Position numbers and translations under genes: made by a program
Part shown: positions 1-11,862 of the stretch, one piece after another
How the letters are laid out: each line of letters starts with the position of its first letter
How positions within the stretch are numbered: the first letter of the stretch is position 1
NCBI GenBank assembly: GCA_934141555.1
Contig: CAKPCK010000001.1
Coordinates: 67,163 to 131,162 of the forward strand
Reading direction: 5' to 3'
From: an uncultured Clostridia bacterium
GTDB lineage: Bacteria > Bacillota > Clostridia > TANB77 > CAG-508
DNA length: 64,000 nt
The notes under the pieces: generated by a model
The model's input: the letters and a program-made list of their open reading frames with translations, nothing else
Databases searched by the model: none
Told to the model about the DNA's origin: nothing

Positions 1-708
<708 letters not shown>

Positions 709-722
709 TTAATTAAATAAAA

Positions 723-793
723 TTTCAAAAAGCAATAAGAGGCGACAGTAAAATTTGCAGGAGCGGGGGATAGCCTCTTGAGCTGTTTTGAAA
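723..793 (+). promoter_or_regulatory. Long imperfect stem-loop in the rpoB-rpoC spacer (possible processing or attenuation structure)
   Basis: TTTCAAAA..AAGAGGC (723-751) pairs with GCCTCTT..TTTTGAAA (772-793) around a G-rich loop. It is unusually GC-rich for an intergenic region here. Confidence 0.3.
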
Positions 794-830
794 TGCCCAA
801 ATAAAAAGAGAAGGGAGACATCTAATAAAG

Positions 831-3800
831 ATGGATGAATTAGAAGTATTCAACAAAATAAAAATAGGAATTGCATCAGATGAAAAAATAAGAGAATGGT
901 CAAAAGGTGAAGTAAAAAAACCAGAGACTATAAACTATAGAACATTAAAACCAGAAAAAGATGGTTTATTTTGTGAAAAAATATTTGGACCAACAAAAGA
1001 CTGGGAATGTCATTGTGGTAAATATAAAAGAGTAAGATATAAAGGGATTGTTTGTGATAAGTGTGGTGTAGAAGTTACAAAATCAAAAGTAAGACGTGAA
1101 AGAATGGGACACATTGAACTTGCAGCACCAGTTGCACATATTTGGTATTTCAAAGGAATTCCAAGTAGAATTGCATTAATGCTAGATATCTCACCAAGAA
1201 ATCTTGAAAAAGTAATTTATTTTGCATCATATATAGTAACAGATAAAGGAACATCTGGACTAGAAAAATGCCAAATATTAACTGAAAAAGAATACCATGA
1301 AGCAGAAGAAAAATATGGTAGAAAATCATTCAAAGCTGAAATGGGTGCTGAAGCAATAAGAAAATTATTAGAAGAAATTGATTTAGCAAAATTAACAGCT
1401 CAAATAGAAAAAGAAATTGAAAATGCTAGTGAACAAAGAAAAGCAAAATTAATAAAAAGATTAGACACTGTTGAAGCATTTTTACAATCAGGAAACAGAC
1501 CTGAATGGATGGTAATGAATGTTGTACCAGTAATTCCACCAGATTTAAGACCTATGGTTCAATTAGATGGTGGTAGATTTGCAACATCAGACTTAAATGA
1601 TTTATATAGAAGAGTTATAAACAGAAATAACAGATTAAAGAGATTATTAGAACTTGGAGCACCTGAAATAATTGTAAGAAATGAAAAAAGAATGTTACAA
1701 GAATCTGTAGATGCTTTAATTGATAACTCAAGAAGAGGAAGACCTGTTACAGGTGCTGGAAACAGACCATTAAAATCTTTATCAGATTTATTAAAAGGAA
1801 AACAAGGTAGATTCCGTCAAAACTTATTAGGAAAACGTGTTGACTATTCAGGACGTTCAGTAATCGTAGTAGGGCCAGAATTAAAAATATATCAATGTGG
1901 TCTACCAAAAGAAATGGCAATTGAATTATTCAAACCATTTGTAATGAAAGAATTAGTTGAAAGACATTTAGCACATAATATAAAAAGTGCAAAAAGAATG
2001 GTAGAAAGATTAAGCCCAGAAGTATGGGGAATTCTAGAAGAAGTTATTAAAGATCACCCAGTAATGCTTAACCGTGCTCCTACACTACACAGACTAGGTA
2101 TACAAGCATTTGAACCAGTATTAGTAGAAGGTAGAGCAATCAAGTTACATGCATTAGTATGTGAAGCTTTCAACGCTGACTTCGATGGTGACCAGATGGC
2201 TGTTCACTTACCATTAACACCAGAAGCACAAGCAGAATCAAGATATTTAATGCTTGCAACAAATAACTTATTAAAACCACAAGATGGTAAGCCAGTAGCT
2301 GTACCAAGACTAGACATGATTTTAGGAAGTTATTATTTAACAATGACATTAGATGGAGAATTAGGAGAAGGAAAATACTTCAAAGATCCTGATGAAGCAT
2401 TAATGGCATTCCAAAATAAAGCAGTTTCAATACATGCAAAAATCTTTGTAAGAGTAACTAAAGAAATTGATGGCGAAATGAAAACAAAGAAAGTTGAAAC
2501 AAGTGTTGGTAGAATTATATTTAACCAAGGAATTCCACAAGATTTAGGATTTATAGACAGAAAAGAAGATCCATTCCAATATGAAATTAATTTCCCAGTT
2601 ATGAAAAAATCAATGGGAACAATAATTGAAAGAACAATTGATAAACATGGTTTAATTGAATCAGCAGAAGTTATAGATTATATCAAAGCATTAGGTTTCA
2701 AATATTCAACATTAGCAGGTATTACATTCTCAGTAGCAGATGTAAAAGTACCAGATTCTAAAAAAGACATTTTAGCAGATGCAGACAAACAAGTTGAAAA
2801 AGTAAGAAACCAATATAGAAGAGGTTTAATAACAGATGATGAGAGATATCAATCAGTTGTTAATATTTGGGAAAAGGCAACAAATGATGTAAGTAAGGCA
2901 ATGGAAGAAAACTTTGATGACTTAAACCCAATATATATGATGGTTAAATCTGGAGCCCGTGGTAACATGAACCAATTAAGACAAATCGCAGGTATGCGTG
3001 GACTTATGGCTAGTACAACTGGTAAAGCAGTTGAAATACCAATCAAATCATGTTTCCGTGAAGGTCTAGATGCATTGGAATATTTCATATCATCACATGG
3101 TGCTCGTAAAGGACTTTCAGATACAGCTTTAAGAACAGCTGACTCTGGATACTTAACAAGAAGATTAGTTGATGTATCACAAGATATTATAGTTAGAGAA
3201 CATGATTGTGGAACAACAGATGGATTAACAGTTGAAGATATTAAAGATGGAAATCAAATAGTTGAAGGATTAGCTGAAAGACTAGAAGGAAGATATCCAT
3301 TAAATGATATATTAGATCCACAAACAAACGAAGTTATTGTAGATACAAATACAATGATTAATAAAGACATAGCAAAACGTATTGTAGATGCTGGAATTAC
3401 AAAAGTTGTTGTACGTTCAGTAATTGCATGTAGAGGAAAACATGGCGTATGTCAAAAATGTTATGGTATGGGATTAGCAAGAAGAGATTTAGTATCAATT
3501 GGTGAATCTGTTGGTATTATAGCTGCACAATCAATTGGTGAACCTGGTACACAGTTAACCATGAGAACAATTCACTCTGGTGGTGTTGCTGGTGTAGCAG
3601 ATATCACACAAGGTCTTCCAAGAGTAGAGGAAATCTTTGAAGCTAGAAAACCTAAGGGAGTTGCTGTAATAACAGAAATTGATGGTACAGTTAAAATTTC
3701 TGATAATAAGAAGAAATTAGAAGTAATTGTTACATCAAAAGATGATTCAAGAACATATACAATTCCATTTGGATCAAAACTAAAAGTAAAAGATGGAGAT

Positions 3801-4391
3801 GAAGTAAAAGCTGCAGATCCATTAATAGAAGGTTCTATAAACCCAGCTGAAATTTTAGCAATAAAAGGCCCAGAAGGTGTTTATGAATATGTAATATCTG
3901 AAATTCAAAAAGCATATAGAAACCAAGGTGTTGATATCAATGATAAACACGTTGAAGTAATTGCAAGACAAATGCTTCGTAAGGTTAGAGTTGATGATGG
4001 TGGAGATACAGATATGTTCCCAGGATCATTAGTTGATATGTATGAATTTGAAGATAAAAATAAAGAAGCTGTTGAACAAGGTAAACGTCCAGCAACAGGA
4101 AAGAGAGCATTACTTGGTATTACTAAAGCTTCACTTGCAACAGATAGTTTCTTATCAGCTGCATCATTCCAAGAGACAACAAGAGTATTAACAGAAGCTG
4201 CAATTAAAGGTAAGGAAGATGATTTAATAGGATTAAAAGAAAATGTTATCATTGGTAAGTTAATCCCAGCTGGAACTGGTATGAAGAGATATCAAGATGT
4301 TACTATTAAAGTTGAAGGCGAAGATGAAAAGACAGTTGCAGAAGAAATTGATGCAAATAAACAAGTTGAAACACAAGATGATGCTGAATAA
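831..4391 (+). CDS. rpoC: DNA-directed RNA polymerase beta-prime subunit
   Basis: 1186 aa. Has the zinc-finger [23 protein letters not shown] and the catalytic [12 protein letters not shown] motif. RBS GAAGGGAG lies upstream. Confidence 0.97.
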   Translation: MDELEVFNKIKIGIASDEKIREWSKGEVKKPETINYRTLKPEKDGLFCEKIFGPTKDWECHCGKYKRVRYKGIVCDKCGVEVTKSKVRRERMGHIELAAPVAHIWYFKGIPSRIALMLDISPRNLEKVIYFASYIVTDKGTSGLEKCQILTEKEYHEAEEKYGRKSFKAEMGAEAIRKLLEEIDLAKLTAQIEKEIENASEQRKAKLIKRLDTVEAFLQSGNRPEWMVMNVVPVIPPDLRPMVQLDGGRFATSDLNDLYRRVINRNNRLKRLLELGAPEIIVRNEKRMLQESVDALIDNSRRGRPVTGAGNRPLKSLSDLLKGKQGRFRQNLLGKRVDYSGRSVIVVGPELKIYQCGLPKEMAIELFKPFVMKELVERHLAHNIKSAKRMVERLSPEVWGILEEVIKDHPVMLNRAPTLHRLGIQAFEPVLVEGRAIKLHALVCEAFNADFDGDQMAVHLPLTPEAQAESRYLMLATNNLLKPQDGKPVAVPRLDMILGSYYLTMTLDGELGEGKYFKDPDEALMAFQNKAVSIHAKIFVRVTKEIDGEMKTKKVETSVGRIIFNQGIPQDLGFIDRKEDPFQYEINFPVMKKSMGTIIERTIDKHGLIESAEVIDYIKALGFKYSTLAGITFSVADVKVPDSKKDILADADKQVEKVRNQYRRGLITDDERYQSVVNIWEKATNDVSKAMEENFDDLNPIYMMVKSGARGNMNQLRQIAGMRGLMASTTGKAVEIPIKSCFREGLDALEYFISSHGARKGLSDTALRTADSGYLTRRLVDVSQDIIVREHDCGTTDGLTVEDIKDGNQIVEGLAERLEGRYPLNDILDPQTNEVIVDTNTMINKDIAKRIVDAGITKVVVRSVIACRGKHGVCQKCYGMGLARRDLVSIGESVGIIAAQSIGEPGTQLTMRTIHSGGVAGVADITQGLPRVEEIFEARKPKGVAVITEIDGTVKISDNKKKLEVIVTSKDDSRTYTIPFGSKLKVKDGDEVKAADPLIEGSINPAEILAIKGPEGVYEYVISEIQKAYRNQGVDINDKHVEVIARQMLRKVRVDDGGDTDMFPGSLVDMYEFEDKNKEAVEQGKRPATGKRALLGITKASLATDSFLSAASFQETTRVLTEAAIKGKEDDLIGLKENVIIGKLIPAGTGMKRYQDVTIKVEGEDEKTVAEEIDANKQVETQDDAE

Positions 4392-4398
4392 AATTAAA

Positions 4399-4432
4399 AC
4401 ACAGATAGACATAAAAGTTTATCTGTGTTTTT
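4399..4432 (+). terminator. Rho-independent terminator after rpoC
   Basis: ACACAGATA / TATCTGTGT 9-bp stem followed by TTTT. Confidence 0.8.
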
Positions 4433-4445
4433 GTGTGTAATAATG

Positions 4446-4472
4446 AAGGGAGCCCCATAGTGGAGCTCCCTT
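4446..4472 (-). terminator. GC-rich hairpin just 3' of the minus-strand orphan ORF (no clear U-tract)
   Basis: AAGGGAGC / GCTCCCTT 8-bp stem ending 5 nt from the stop codon at 4477. Confidence 0.4.
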
Positions 4473-4476
4473 GGCT

Positions 4477-4911
4477 TTAAACGAATGGATTATTCGGGTC
4501 AATAAATACCCTAGAGTCCAATGGACAAGAATGTGATGGATTGACGATAAAATAGGATAATTTACCAGTTCGATCAGTTACATATCCATATTTCATTCTG
4601 TTTTCTTTTGCAAACTTGGCGATTTGATATTCATCATCAGAAAACTTGATGATATTTTGGCTAGATTTAACAAAATCTAACATTAAACAGTCAGGATTTG
4701 CAAGGATTTTTTCAAAATCGATTACAGTAAGCTCTAATCCATACCCATCAATGAAAATAGAATTTTCCTGTTTCCGAATTTCTGACAATAAATTCCCATT
4801 ATTATCAAACAAAGCAACATAATTATTCCAGTTTCCATCAAAAGGCAAAACATCCATGTGATGAATAAGAAACCATAGATGAAAATGATGTTTTACAGTA
4901 CAAATTTTCAT
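4477..4911 (-). CDS. Hypothetical protein, 144 aa, no recognised domain
   Basis: ORF with GGAGGA RBS 8 nt upstream of the ATG, its own promoter and a 3' hairpin. Uses GAC/CCG/TTC/AGG codons that are rare in neighbouring genes. GC is about 31 % (112/360 counted). Confidence 0.6.
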   Translation of the reverse strand: MKICTVKHHFHLWFLIHHMDVLPFDGNWNNYVALFDNNGNLLSEIRKQENSIFIDGYGLELTVIDFEKILANPDCLMLDFVKSSQNIIKFSDDEYQIAKFAKENRMKYGYVTDRTGKLSYFIVNPSHSCPLDSRVFIDPNNPFV

Positions 4912-4957
4912 TAGACATTTCCTCCGTTTTTTGGTTCAAAAAATTACGAACTAACTA

Positions 4958-4986
4958 ATTATAACATAATATTTAATAAAATGCAA
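4958..4986 (-). promoter_or_regulatory. Sigma-A type promoter for the 144-aa orphan
   Basis: The minus strand reads TTGCAT-17 nt-TATAAT with a TGT extended -10. Confidence 0.45.
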
Positions 4987-5005
4987 CGATAAATAAAAAA
5001 TTAGA

Positions 5006-5026
5006 ATATTCACAAGATATTCACAA
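5006..5026. repeat. Tandem direct repeat ATATTCACAA-g-ATATTCACAA (11-bp register) upstream of the ABC transporter
   Basis: Exact 10-mer at 5006-5015 and 5017-5026, overlapping a possible -35 (TTCACA) 18 nt before TATAAA at 5033. Confidence 0.5.
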
Positions 5027-5066
5027 TAATAATATAAAATATACAAAAAAATGAAAGGATATAGAT

Positions 5067-7670
5067 ATGTTACAATTAAAAAATATAACAAAAAATTATC
5101 TATCAGGAGATAACGAAGTTCAAGCATTAAAAGGAATAGATATAGAGTTTAGAGAAAATGAATTTGTCTCAATTTTAGGACAAAGTGGATGTGGAAAAAC
5201 AACATTGTTAAATATAATAGGAGGGCTTGATAGATATACATCAGGAGATTTAATTATTAATGGAAAATCAACTAAAGAATTTAAAGACAAAGATTGGGAT
5301 ACATATAGAAATCACTCTGTAGGATTTGTATTTCAAAGCTATAATTTGATACCACATCAAACAGTACTCGCAAATGTTGAATTAGCACTTACAATATCAG
5401 GTGTAGGAAAAGCAGAAAGAAGAAAAAGAGCAATTGAAGCATTACAAAAAGTTGGATTAGGAGATCAAATAAATAAAAAACCAAATCAAATGTCTGGAGG
5501 GCAAATGCAAAGAGTTGCAATAGCAAGAGCTTTAGTAAATGATCCAGATATATTACTTGCAGATGAGCCAACAGGAGCATTAGATTCAAAAACATCAGTA
5601 CAAGTAATGGAAATATTAAAAGAAATCTCAAAAGATAGATTAATAATAATGGTAACACATAATCCAGAACTTGCTGAGAAATATTCATCAAGAATAGTAA
5701 AATTATTAGATGGAAAAATTATAGATGATTCAAATCCTTATAAATCTAGTGAAGAAGATGTGAAAAAAGCTAGAAATAAAAAAGATAAATCTGGAAAAGC
5801 ATCAATGAAATTTACAACAGCAGTAAGATTAAGTTTAAACAATTTAATGACTAAAAAAGGAAGAACATTTTTAACATCATTTGCAGGAAGCATAGGAATA
5901 ATAGGAATTGCATTAATATTATCATTATCACATGGAATGCAAAGTTATATAAATAGAGTAGAAGAAGATACACTTTCATCATATCCATTAACAATTCAAG
6001 AAGCTAGTATAGATGTAACAAGTATGTTAGAAGCAATGATGGGAAATGGAGAAAGAGAAGAACATAATGATAATAAAATATATTCAAGACCAATAGTAAA
6101 TAATATATTAGAAACAGTATCTACTAAACTTCAAACAAATAATTTAGAAGAATTTAAAAAATATTTAGAAAGTGGAGATACAGATATAAAAGATTATATA
6201 AATGCTATTCAATATGAATATAATTTAAATTTAAATATATATAAACAAAATGATGATAAAACATATCAACAAGTAAATCCAAGCATAGTATTTGACGAAC
6301 TAGGATTTGGAGAAATGATGGAATCAAGACAAAGTGCATCATCAATGATGTCAGGTTCAATGACAATGACTCAAACTGATGTCTGGGAAGAACTATTGGA
6401 TAATAAAAATTTGATACAGTCACAATATGATGTACTTGCAGGAAACTGGCCAACAAAATATAATGAAGTTGTTTTAATAGTTGATGAAAATAATGAAGTT
6501 AGTGATTACACATTATATTCTTTAGGAATAAAAGATATCAAAGAACTAAATGAATCAATGGAAAAAATAAAAAACAAAGAAAAAGTTGAAGCTGGTGAAT
6601 CAGTAAGTTATTCTTATGATGACTTATTAAATTATAAATTTAAAATATTATTAAATACTGATTATTATAAAAAATCTGGAAATGCATGGCAAGATATGTC
6701 AAATGATGATGAATATATGAAGAATGTTGTAGATAATGCAGAAGAAATAACAATAGTAGGAATAATAAAACCAAATGAAGAAACAGTTTCATCATCAGGT
6801 GCAGGAATGATTGGATATACAAAAGAATTAAAAGAATATGTAATAAATAAAATTAATGAAACAGAAATTGTAAAAGAACAAAAAGAAAATCCAAACATAA
6901 ATGTATTTACAGGAATAGAATTCCCAGAAAATCAAAATAGTTCATTTGATTATTCACAATTAACAGATGAACAAAGAATGTATATGGCAACATTGTCAGA
7001 AACAGAATTAGCAGAACTTATGAAAAATTATGCAGAAAACTCAACAGCAACTTATGATTCAAATCTATCAACACTTGAAGTAGTGGACTTAAATAAGCCG
7101 TCAACAATAAATATATATCCAAAAGATTTTGAATCTAAAGATATGATTACAACAAGAATTAGTGAATACAATGATAAACAAACAAATGACGGAAAAGAAG
7201 AAAATGTTATAACATATACAGATATTGTAGGTGTTATGATGAGTTCTGTTTCAACAATAATTAATGTAATAAGTTATGTATTAATTGCATTTGTTGGAAT
7301 TTCATTAGTCGTATCATCAATAATGATTGGAATTATAACATATATATCAGTTTTAGAGAGAACAAAAGAAATTGGAATATTAAGAAGTATAGGAGCATCA
7401 AAGAAAGATGTTTCAAGAGTATTTAATGCAGAAACACTTATAATAGGATTAGTAGCAGGATTAATAGGAATTGGTGTTACAATATTATTAAATATTCCAA
7501 TAAATATGGTAATAAAATCAATGGTTGGAATATCAAATATTTCAAAATTACCAACAAAAGGTGCAATTATATTAGTTGCAATTAGTGTAGGATTAACAAT
7601 GATTGCAGGATTAATTCCAGCCAAATTTGCTGCTAAGAGAGATCCTGTTGAGGCATTAAGAACAGAGTAA
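5067..7670 (+). CDS. Fused ABC transporter, ATP-binding domain plus MacB/FtsX-type permease with a large extracytoplasmic domain
   Basis: Walker A GQSGCGKTT, signature MSGGQMQRVAIARAL, Walker B ILLADEPTGALD. One TM, then a roughly 400-aa external region, then a C-terminal FtsX-like 3-TM block. Confidence 0.9.
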   Translation: MLQLKNITKNYLSGDNEVQALKGIDIEFRENEFVSILGQSGCGKTTLLNIIGGLDRYTSGDLIINGKSTKEFKDKDWDTYRNHSVGFVFQSYNLIPHQTVLANVELALTISGVGKAERRKRAIEALQKVGLGDQINKKPNQMSGGQMQRVAIARALVNDPDILLADEPTGALDSKTSVQVMEILKEISKDRLIIMVTHNPELAEKYSSRIVKLLDGKIIDDSNPYKSSEEDVKKARNKKDKSGKASMKFTTAVRLSLNNLMTKKGRTFLTSFAGSIGIIGIALILSLSHGMQSYINRVEEDTLSSYPLTIQEASIDVTSMLEAMMGNGEREEHNDNKIYSRPIVNNILETVSTKLQTNNLEEFKKYLESGDTDIKDYINAIQYEYNLNLNIYKQNDDKTYQQVNPSIVFDELGFGEMMESRQSASSMMSGSMTMTQTDVWEELLDNKNLIQSQYDVLAGNWPTKYNEVVLIVDENNEVSDYTLYSLGIKDIKELNESMEKIKNKEKVEAGESVSYSYDDLLNYKFKILLNTDYYKKSGNAWQDMSNDDEYMKNVVDNAEEITIVGIIKPNEETVSSSGAGMIGYTKELKEYVINKINETEIVKEQKENPNINVFTGIEFPENQNSSFDYSQLTDEQRMYMATLSETELAELMKNYAENSTATYDSNLSTLEVVDLNKPSTINIYPKDFESKDMITTRISEYNDKQTNDGKEENVITYTDIVGVMMSSVSTIINVISYVLIAFVGISLVVSSIMIGIITYISVLERTKEIGILRSIGASKKDVSRVFNAETLIIGLVAGLIGIGVTILLNIPINMVIKSMVGISNISKLPTKGAIILVAISVGLTMIAGLIPAKFAAKRDPVEALRTE

Positions 7671-7715
7671 ATGGAGAGTGAAGGGAGTAAGAAAAATAAT
7701 TTAATAAAATAACTT

Positions 7716-7745
7716 AAAAAGAACTTCAATTTGAAGTTCTTTTTG
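7716..7745 (+). terminator. Rho-independent terminator after the ABC transporter
   Basis: AAAAAGAACTTCA-att-TGAAGTTCTTTTT. Confidence 0.8.
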
Positions 7746-7792
7746 TATTAATATTTATATAAAGGTTAAACTAACTAAAAGGAGAAAAAGTT

Positions 7793-8791
7793 ATGTTTAA
7801 ACCACAATCAATATATTATGAAAAAGAAATAGAAAATTATCAATTAGGAAAAGAACTATTAGAAAAATATAAAGAAATACCCAAAATACTTATAGAAAAT
7901 CATAATAATATAGAAGAAATGAGAAAAAAAGAAAATAGTGAATTTCCAAGAATAAAACAAAATTTAATAATAGGAATAAGAAAAACACATAAGTTTGTAG
8001 AAAATCATAAAACATCAGACTATTTAGTACCATATACATCATCAGGATGTACTGCGATGTGTTTATATTGCTATTTAGTATGTAATTATAATAAATGTGC
8101 ATATTTAAGATTATTTGTAAACAGAGAGCAAATGCTTGAAAAAATAATAAAAACAGCACAAAAAAGTGAAAAAGATTTAACATTTGAAATAGGAAGTAAT
8201 AGTGATTTAATATTAGAAAATACAATAACAGATAATTTAGTATGGACAATAGAAAATTTTGCAGATACACAAAAAGGACAATTAACACTACCTACAAAAT
8301 TTGATATGGTTGATCCAATTTTACCATTAAAACATAATGGTAAAGTTACAATAAGAGTAAGTATGAATCCAGAAGAAATCATAAATAAAGTAGAATTTGG
8401 AACATCAAGATTAAAAGGAAGAATAGTGGCTATAAATAAATTAGCAGAAGCAGGATATAAAGTTGGAATATTAATTGCACCAGTAATCTTAGTAGAAAAT
8501 TGGAAAGAATTATATACAGAATTAATTCAAAGATTAAATAGTGAATTATCTGAAAAAGTAAAAAAACAAGCATTTTTTGAAATAATATTTATGACATATA
8601 GTTTTGTGCACACAAAGATAAATGAAGAAGCATTCCCAAATGCTATAAATTTATATAATACTGAAATAATGACAGGGAGAGGGAAAGGTAAATATTCATA
8701 TAAACAAGATGTTAGAAAAGAAGCGGAAGTTTACTTAAGAGAACAAATGGAAAAGTATTTTCCAGATAATAGTATAGAATATATTGTATGA
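7793..8791 (+). CDS. splB: Spore photoproduct lyase (radical SAM)
   Basis: 332 aa with CxxxCxxC (SGCTAMCLYCYL). Colinear similarity to Bacillus SplB, including the C-terminal ...FPDNSIEYIV. Confidence 0.8.
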   Translation: MFKPQSIYYEKEIENYQLGKELLEKYKEIPKILIENHNNIEEMRKKENSEFPRIKQNLIIGIRKTHKFVENHKTSDYLVPYTSSGCTAMCLYCYLVCNYNKCAYLRLFVNREQMLEKIIKTAQKSEKDLTFEIGSNSDLILENTITDNLVWTIENFADTQKGQLTLPTKFDMVDPILPLKHNGKVTIRVSMNPEEIINKVEFGTSRLKGRIVAINKLAEAGYKVGILIAPVILVENWKELYTELIQRLNSELSEKVKKQAFFEIIFMTYSFVHTKINEEAFPNAINLYNTEIMTGRGKGKYSYKQDVRKEAEVYLREQMEKYFPDNSIEYIV

Positions 8792-8871
8792 TTTTTTATA
8801 GAAAGTTGAGGCAATTGAGCAAATTATCTTGAAAAAATTATAAAAGTATGATAATATAAAAATATAGTTTT

Positions 8872-8924
8872 AATAGATTAAAAAAAAACCACTTTTGCAG
8901 TTTTTATTTTAATCTATTTTTTTT
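8872..8924 (+). terminator. Intrinsic terminator hairpin between splB and pyrG (splB terminator and/or pyrG leader attenuator)
   Basis: AATAGATTAAAA / TTTTAATCTATT 12-bp stem followed by a T6 run. A candidate promoter TTGAAA-17-TAATAT (8829-8857) lies upstream of it, and another weaker one (TTGATT-17-GAATAT) lies downstream. Confidence 0.6.
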
Positions 8925-8969
8925 ATTTGATTTTATATGGCAAAAATGGGAATATAGGAGGAAGAATAA

Positions 8970-10571
8970 ATGAACACAAAATATGTATTTGTAACAGGAG
9001 GAGTAGTATCAGGATTAGGAAAGGGAATAACAGCTGCATCACTAGGAAGATTGTTAAAAAATAGAGGATATAAAGTAACAATTCAAAAATTTGATCCATA
9101 TTTAAATGTTGACCCAGGAACAATGAGTCCATATGAACATGGAGAAGTATTCGTAACAGATGATGGAGCAGAAACAGATTTAGACTTAGGACATTATGAA
9201 AGATTTATTGATGAAAACTTAACACAACATTCAAGTGTAACAATGGGAAAAGTATATTCAACAGTAATTGAAAAAGAAAGAAGAGGAGACTATTTAGGAA
9301 AAACAGTACAAGTAATACCACATGTAACAAATGAAATAAAAGAAAGAATATATAGTTTTGAAAATACAGATACAGACATAGTTATAACAGAAGTTGGAGG
9401 AACAGTTGGAGATATAGAAGGATTATCAATAATAGAAGCAATCCGTCAAGTAGGATTAGAGAAAAATCCTGAAGATGTAGTATATATACATGTAACATTA
9501 TTACCATACATATTTGGTTCAAATGAAATAAAATCAAAACCAACACAACACTCTGTAAAAGAATTACAAAGTTTAGGAATACAACCCAATATTTTAGTAT
9601 GTAGAACAGAACAAGATATTCCAGACACAATAAGAGAAAAATTAGCGCTATTTTGTAATGTAAGAAAAAGTAGTGTAATACAAAATAAAACAGCAGACAA
9701 TTTATATGCAGTACCACTAATGCTTGAAGAAGAAGGGTTAGCAAGAGAAGTATGCAACCATATGAGGTTAGATAGATATGTTCCAGATAACACAGAATGG
9801 CAAAAAATGATAGATAATATAAGAAGCATAGGAGATGAATCTGTAAATATAGGAATAGTAGGAAAATATATTCAATTAGAAGATTCATATTTGTCAGTAA
9901 TAGAAAGTTTACATCATGCAGGATTTGCCAATAAGGTAAAAGTTAATATTAAATTAATAGATTGTGAAACAATAAATAAAGAAACAGCCCAAGAAAAATT
10001 AAAAGGATTGCAAGGAATAATAGTTCCAGGAGGATTTGGAAATAGAGGAGTAGAAGGAAAAATAGAAACAATTAGATATGCAAGAGAAAATAAAATTCCA
10101 TTCTTAGGAATATGTTTAGGTATGCAAATGGCAGTTGTAGAATTTGCAAGAAATGTATTAGGATTAAAAGATGCTAATTCGGCAGAATTTAATGAAAAAA
10201 CAACAAATCCAGTTATACATATAATGGATGATCAAATAGGAATAGATAAAAAAGGTGGAACAATGCGTTTAGGAGCATATCCATGTATATTAAAAGAAGG
10301 AACATTAGCAAAAGAATTATATGGAAAAGAGCAAATTTCAGAAAGACACAGACATAGATATGAATATAATAATGAGTATAAAGAAAGATTAGAAAAAGCA
10401 GGTTTAATATGTTCTGGAACATCACCAGATGGAAAATTAGTTGAAATAGTAGAATATAAAGAACATCCATATTTTATAGCAGGACAATTCCATCCAGAAT
10501 TAAAATCAAGACCTAATAGACCAGCACCATTATTTATAGGATTAGTTAGATCAGCAAAAAATATAAAATAA
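8970..10571 (+). CDS. pyrG: CTP synthase
   Basis: 533 aa. N-terminal [16 protein letters not shown]. Glutamine amidotransferase block [10 protein letters not shown] with HRHRYE. Confidence 0.97.
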   Translation: MNTKYVFVTGGVVSGLGKGITAASLGRLLKNRGYKVTIQKFDPYLNVDPGTMSPYEHGEVFVTDDGAETDLDLGHYERFIDENLTQHSSVTMGKVYSTVIEKERRGDYLGKTVQVIPHVTNEIKERIYSFENTDTDIVITEVGGTVGDIEGLSIIEAIRQVGLEKNPEDVVYIHVTLLPYIFGSNEIKSKPTQHSVKELQSLGIQPNILVCRTEQDIPDTIREKLALFCNVRKSSVIQNKTADNLYAVPLMLEEEGLAREVCNHMRLDRYVPDNTEWQKMIDNIRSIGDESVNIGIVGKYIQLEDSYLSVIESLHHAGFANKVKVNIKLIDCETINKETAQEKLKGLQGIIVPGGFGNRGVEGKIETIRYARENKIPFLGICLGMQMAVVEFARNVLGLKDANSAEFNEKTTNPVIHIMDDQIGIDKKGGTMRLGAYPCILKEGTLAKELYGKEQISERHRHRYEYNNEYKERLEKAGLICSGTSPDGKLVEIVEYKEHPYFIAGQFHPELKSRPNRPAPLFIGLVRSAKNIK

Positions 10572-10603
10572 ATTATTCTAATATAAGAAAGGAATAAATT
10601 TTT

Positions 10604-11125
10604 ATGAATAATGAATTTGAAAAATGGCAAGAAAAGTGTAAAGAATCAGGAAATAAAAGAGATGATTATTTGACTTGGGACGAATACTTTATGGCAATTG
10701 CAAAACTATCATCAAAAAGAAGTAAAGATCCTAATACACAAGTTGGAGCATGTATTGTAAGTAATGATAATAGAATATTATCAATAGGATATAATGGAGC
10801 ACCAAATGGATTTGAAGATGAAAATTTTCCATGGGCAAGAGATGGAGAAAAAATATATACAAAATATCCATATGTATGTCATGCAGAAATGAATGCAATT
10901 TTAAATTATAGGGGATCAAAAAAAGAATTTGAAAATGCAAAAATATATGTAGACTTATTTCCATGTAATGAATGTGCAAAATTAATAATTCAATCAGGAA
11001 TAAAAGAAGTAATATATTTGTCAGATAAGTATAATGGAACAGATGAAAATATTGCATCAAAAAGATTATTTGACACATGTAAAATAAAATATAAACAAAT
11101 TGAATGTAAAGAGATTAATATTTAA
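10604..11125 (+). CDS. dCMP deaminase (ComEB-type cytidine/deoxycytidylate deaminase)
   Basis: Zinc motifs CHAEMNAI and PCNECAKLI; 173 aa. Confidence 0.85.
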   Translation: MNNEFEKWQEKCKESGNKRDDYLTWDEYFMAIAKLSSKRSKDPNTQVGACIVSNDNRILSIGYNGAPNGFEDENFPWARDGEKIYTKYPYVCHAEMNAILNYRGSKKEFENAKIYVDLFPCNECAKLIIQSGIKEVIYLSDKYNGTDENIASKRLFDTCKIKYKQIECKEINI

Positions 11126-11161
11126 AATTATATAACATAAGAGAAAAAATAGGAGAGTAAT

Positions 11162-11710
11162 ATGGAATTAATTGATATTGTTGATGAAAATAATAATTTA
11201 ACAGGACAAGTGGAAGAAAGATGGACAGCATACAATAAAGGAATGTGGAGAAGGACAGTATCGTGTTGGATAATGAATTATAAAGGTGAGATACTTTTAC
11301 AAAAAAGAACAGCAAATAAAAAAAGAAATCCAAATAAATGGGCAAAAACTGGTGGACAGGTTGACAGTGGAGAAAGTGTTGAAGAAGCAATAAAAAGAGA
11401 AGTGAAAGAAGAATTAGGAATAGACATTCCAGAAAATCAGTTGAAAGTTGTAGAAACATATAAAGGTGATGAAAGAAGTAAAAGATTTGCATATAATTTT
11501 ATATTTGTAGTAAATTACAATATCGAAGATTATAAATTACAAAAAGAAGAAGTTGCAGAAGTTAAATATGTAAAAATAGAAGATATAGAAGCAAGTAAGA
11601 AAAATAATGATTTGAATTATACATTTTCTACTTGGAGAGTATCTGAATTTGAAAAAGAAATGAAAATGTTAAAAAATAAAAGAGTAGATATTATAAATAA
11701 TAAAATATAA
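11162..11710 (+). CDS. NUDIX hydrolase
   Basis: Nudix box GGQVDSGESVEEAIKREVKEELGI. Confidence 0.8.
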   Translation: MELIDIVDENNNLTGQVEERWTAYNKGMWRRTVSCWIMNYKGEILLQKRTANKKRNPNKWAKTGGQVDSGESVEEAIKREVKEELGIDIPENQLKVVETYKGDERSKRFAYNFIFVVNYNIEDYKLQKEEVAEVKYVKIEDIEASKKNNDLNYTFSTWRVSEFEKEMKMLKNKRVDIINNKI

Positions 11711-11713
11711 TGC

Positions 11714-11751
11714 AAAAAAGTAAAGAAATATAATTTTTCTTTACTTTTTTT
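11714..11751 (+). terminator. Rho-independent terminator after the NUDIX gene
   Basis: AAGTAAAGAAA / TTTCTTTACTT stem followed by a T-run. Confidence 0.75.
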
Positions 11752-11832
11752 GCTGATGAAAGTTCTATTTATAAGTAAACATGAATATAATTATTGTGAA
11801 TGTGAAGATTTTGTGAAAAATAAATAAAAGTA

Positions 11833-11861
11833 TTGACAAAGGAAAAAATAGGGTATATATT
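11833..11861 (+). promoter_or_regulatory. groESL sigma-A promoter
   Basis: TTGACA-17 nt-TATATT immediately upstream of CIRCE. Confidence 0.55.
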
Positions 11862-11862
11862 A

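Noticed and set aside
8829-8924. Bacillus-type pyrG reiterative-transcription attenuator
   Set aside because: A terminator hairpin does lie between a plausible promoter and pyrG. However, the predicted initially transcribed region is A/T-rich and lacks the GGGC start needed for the known CTP-sensing mechanism. The hairpin may simply terminate splB, with the pyrG promoter (TTGATT-17-GAATAT) downstream. It is therefore kept only as a terminator feature.
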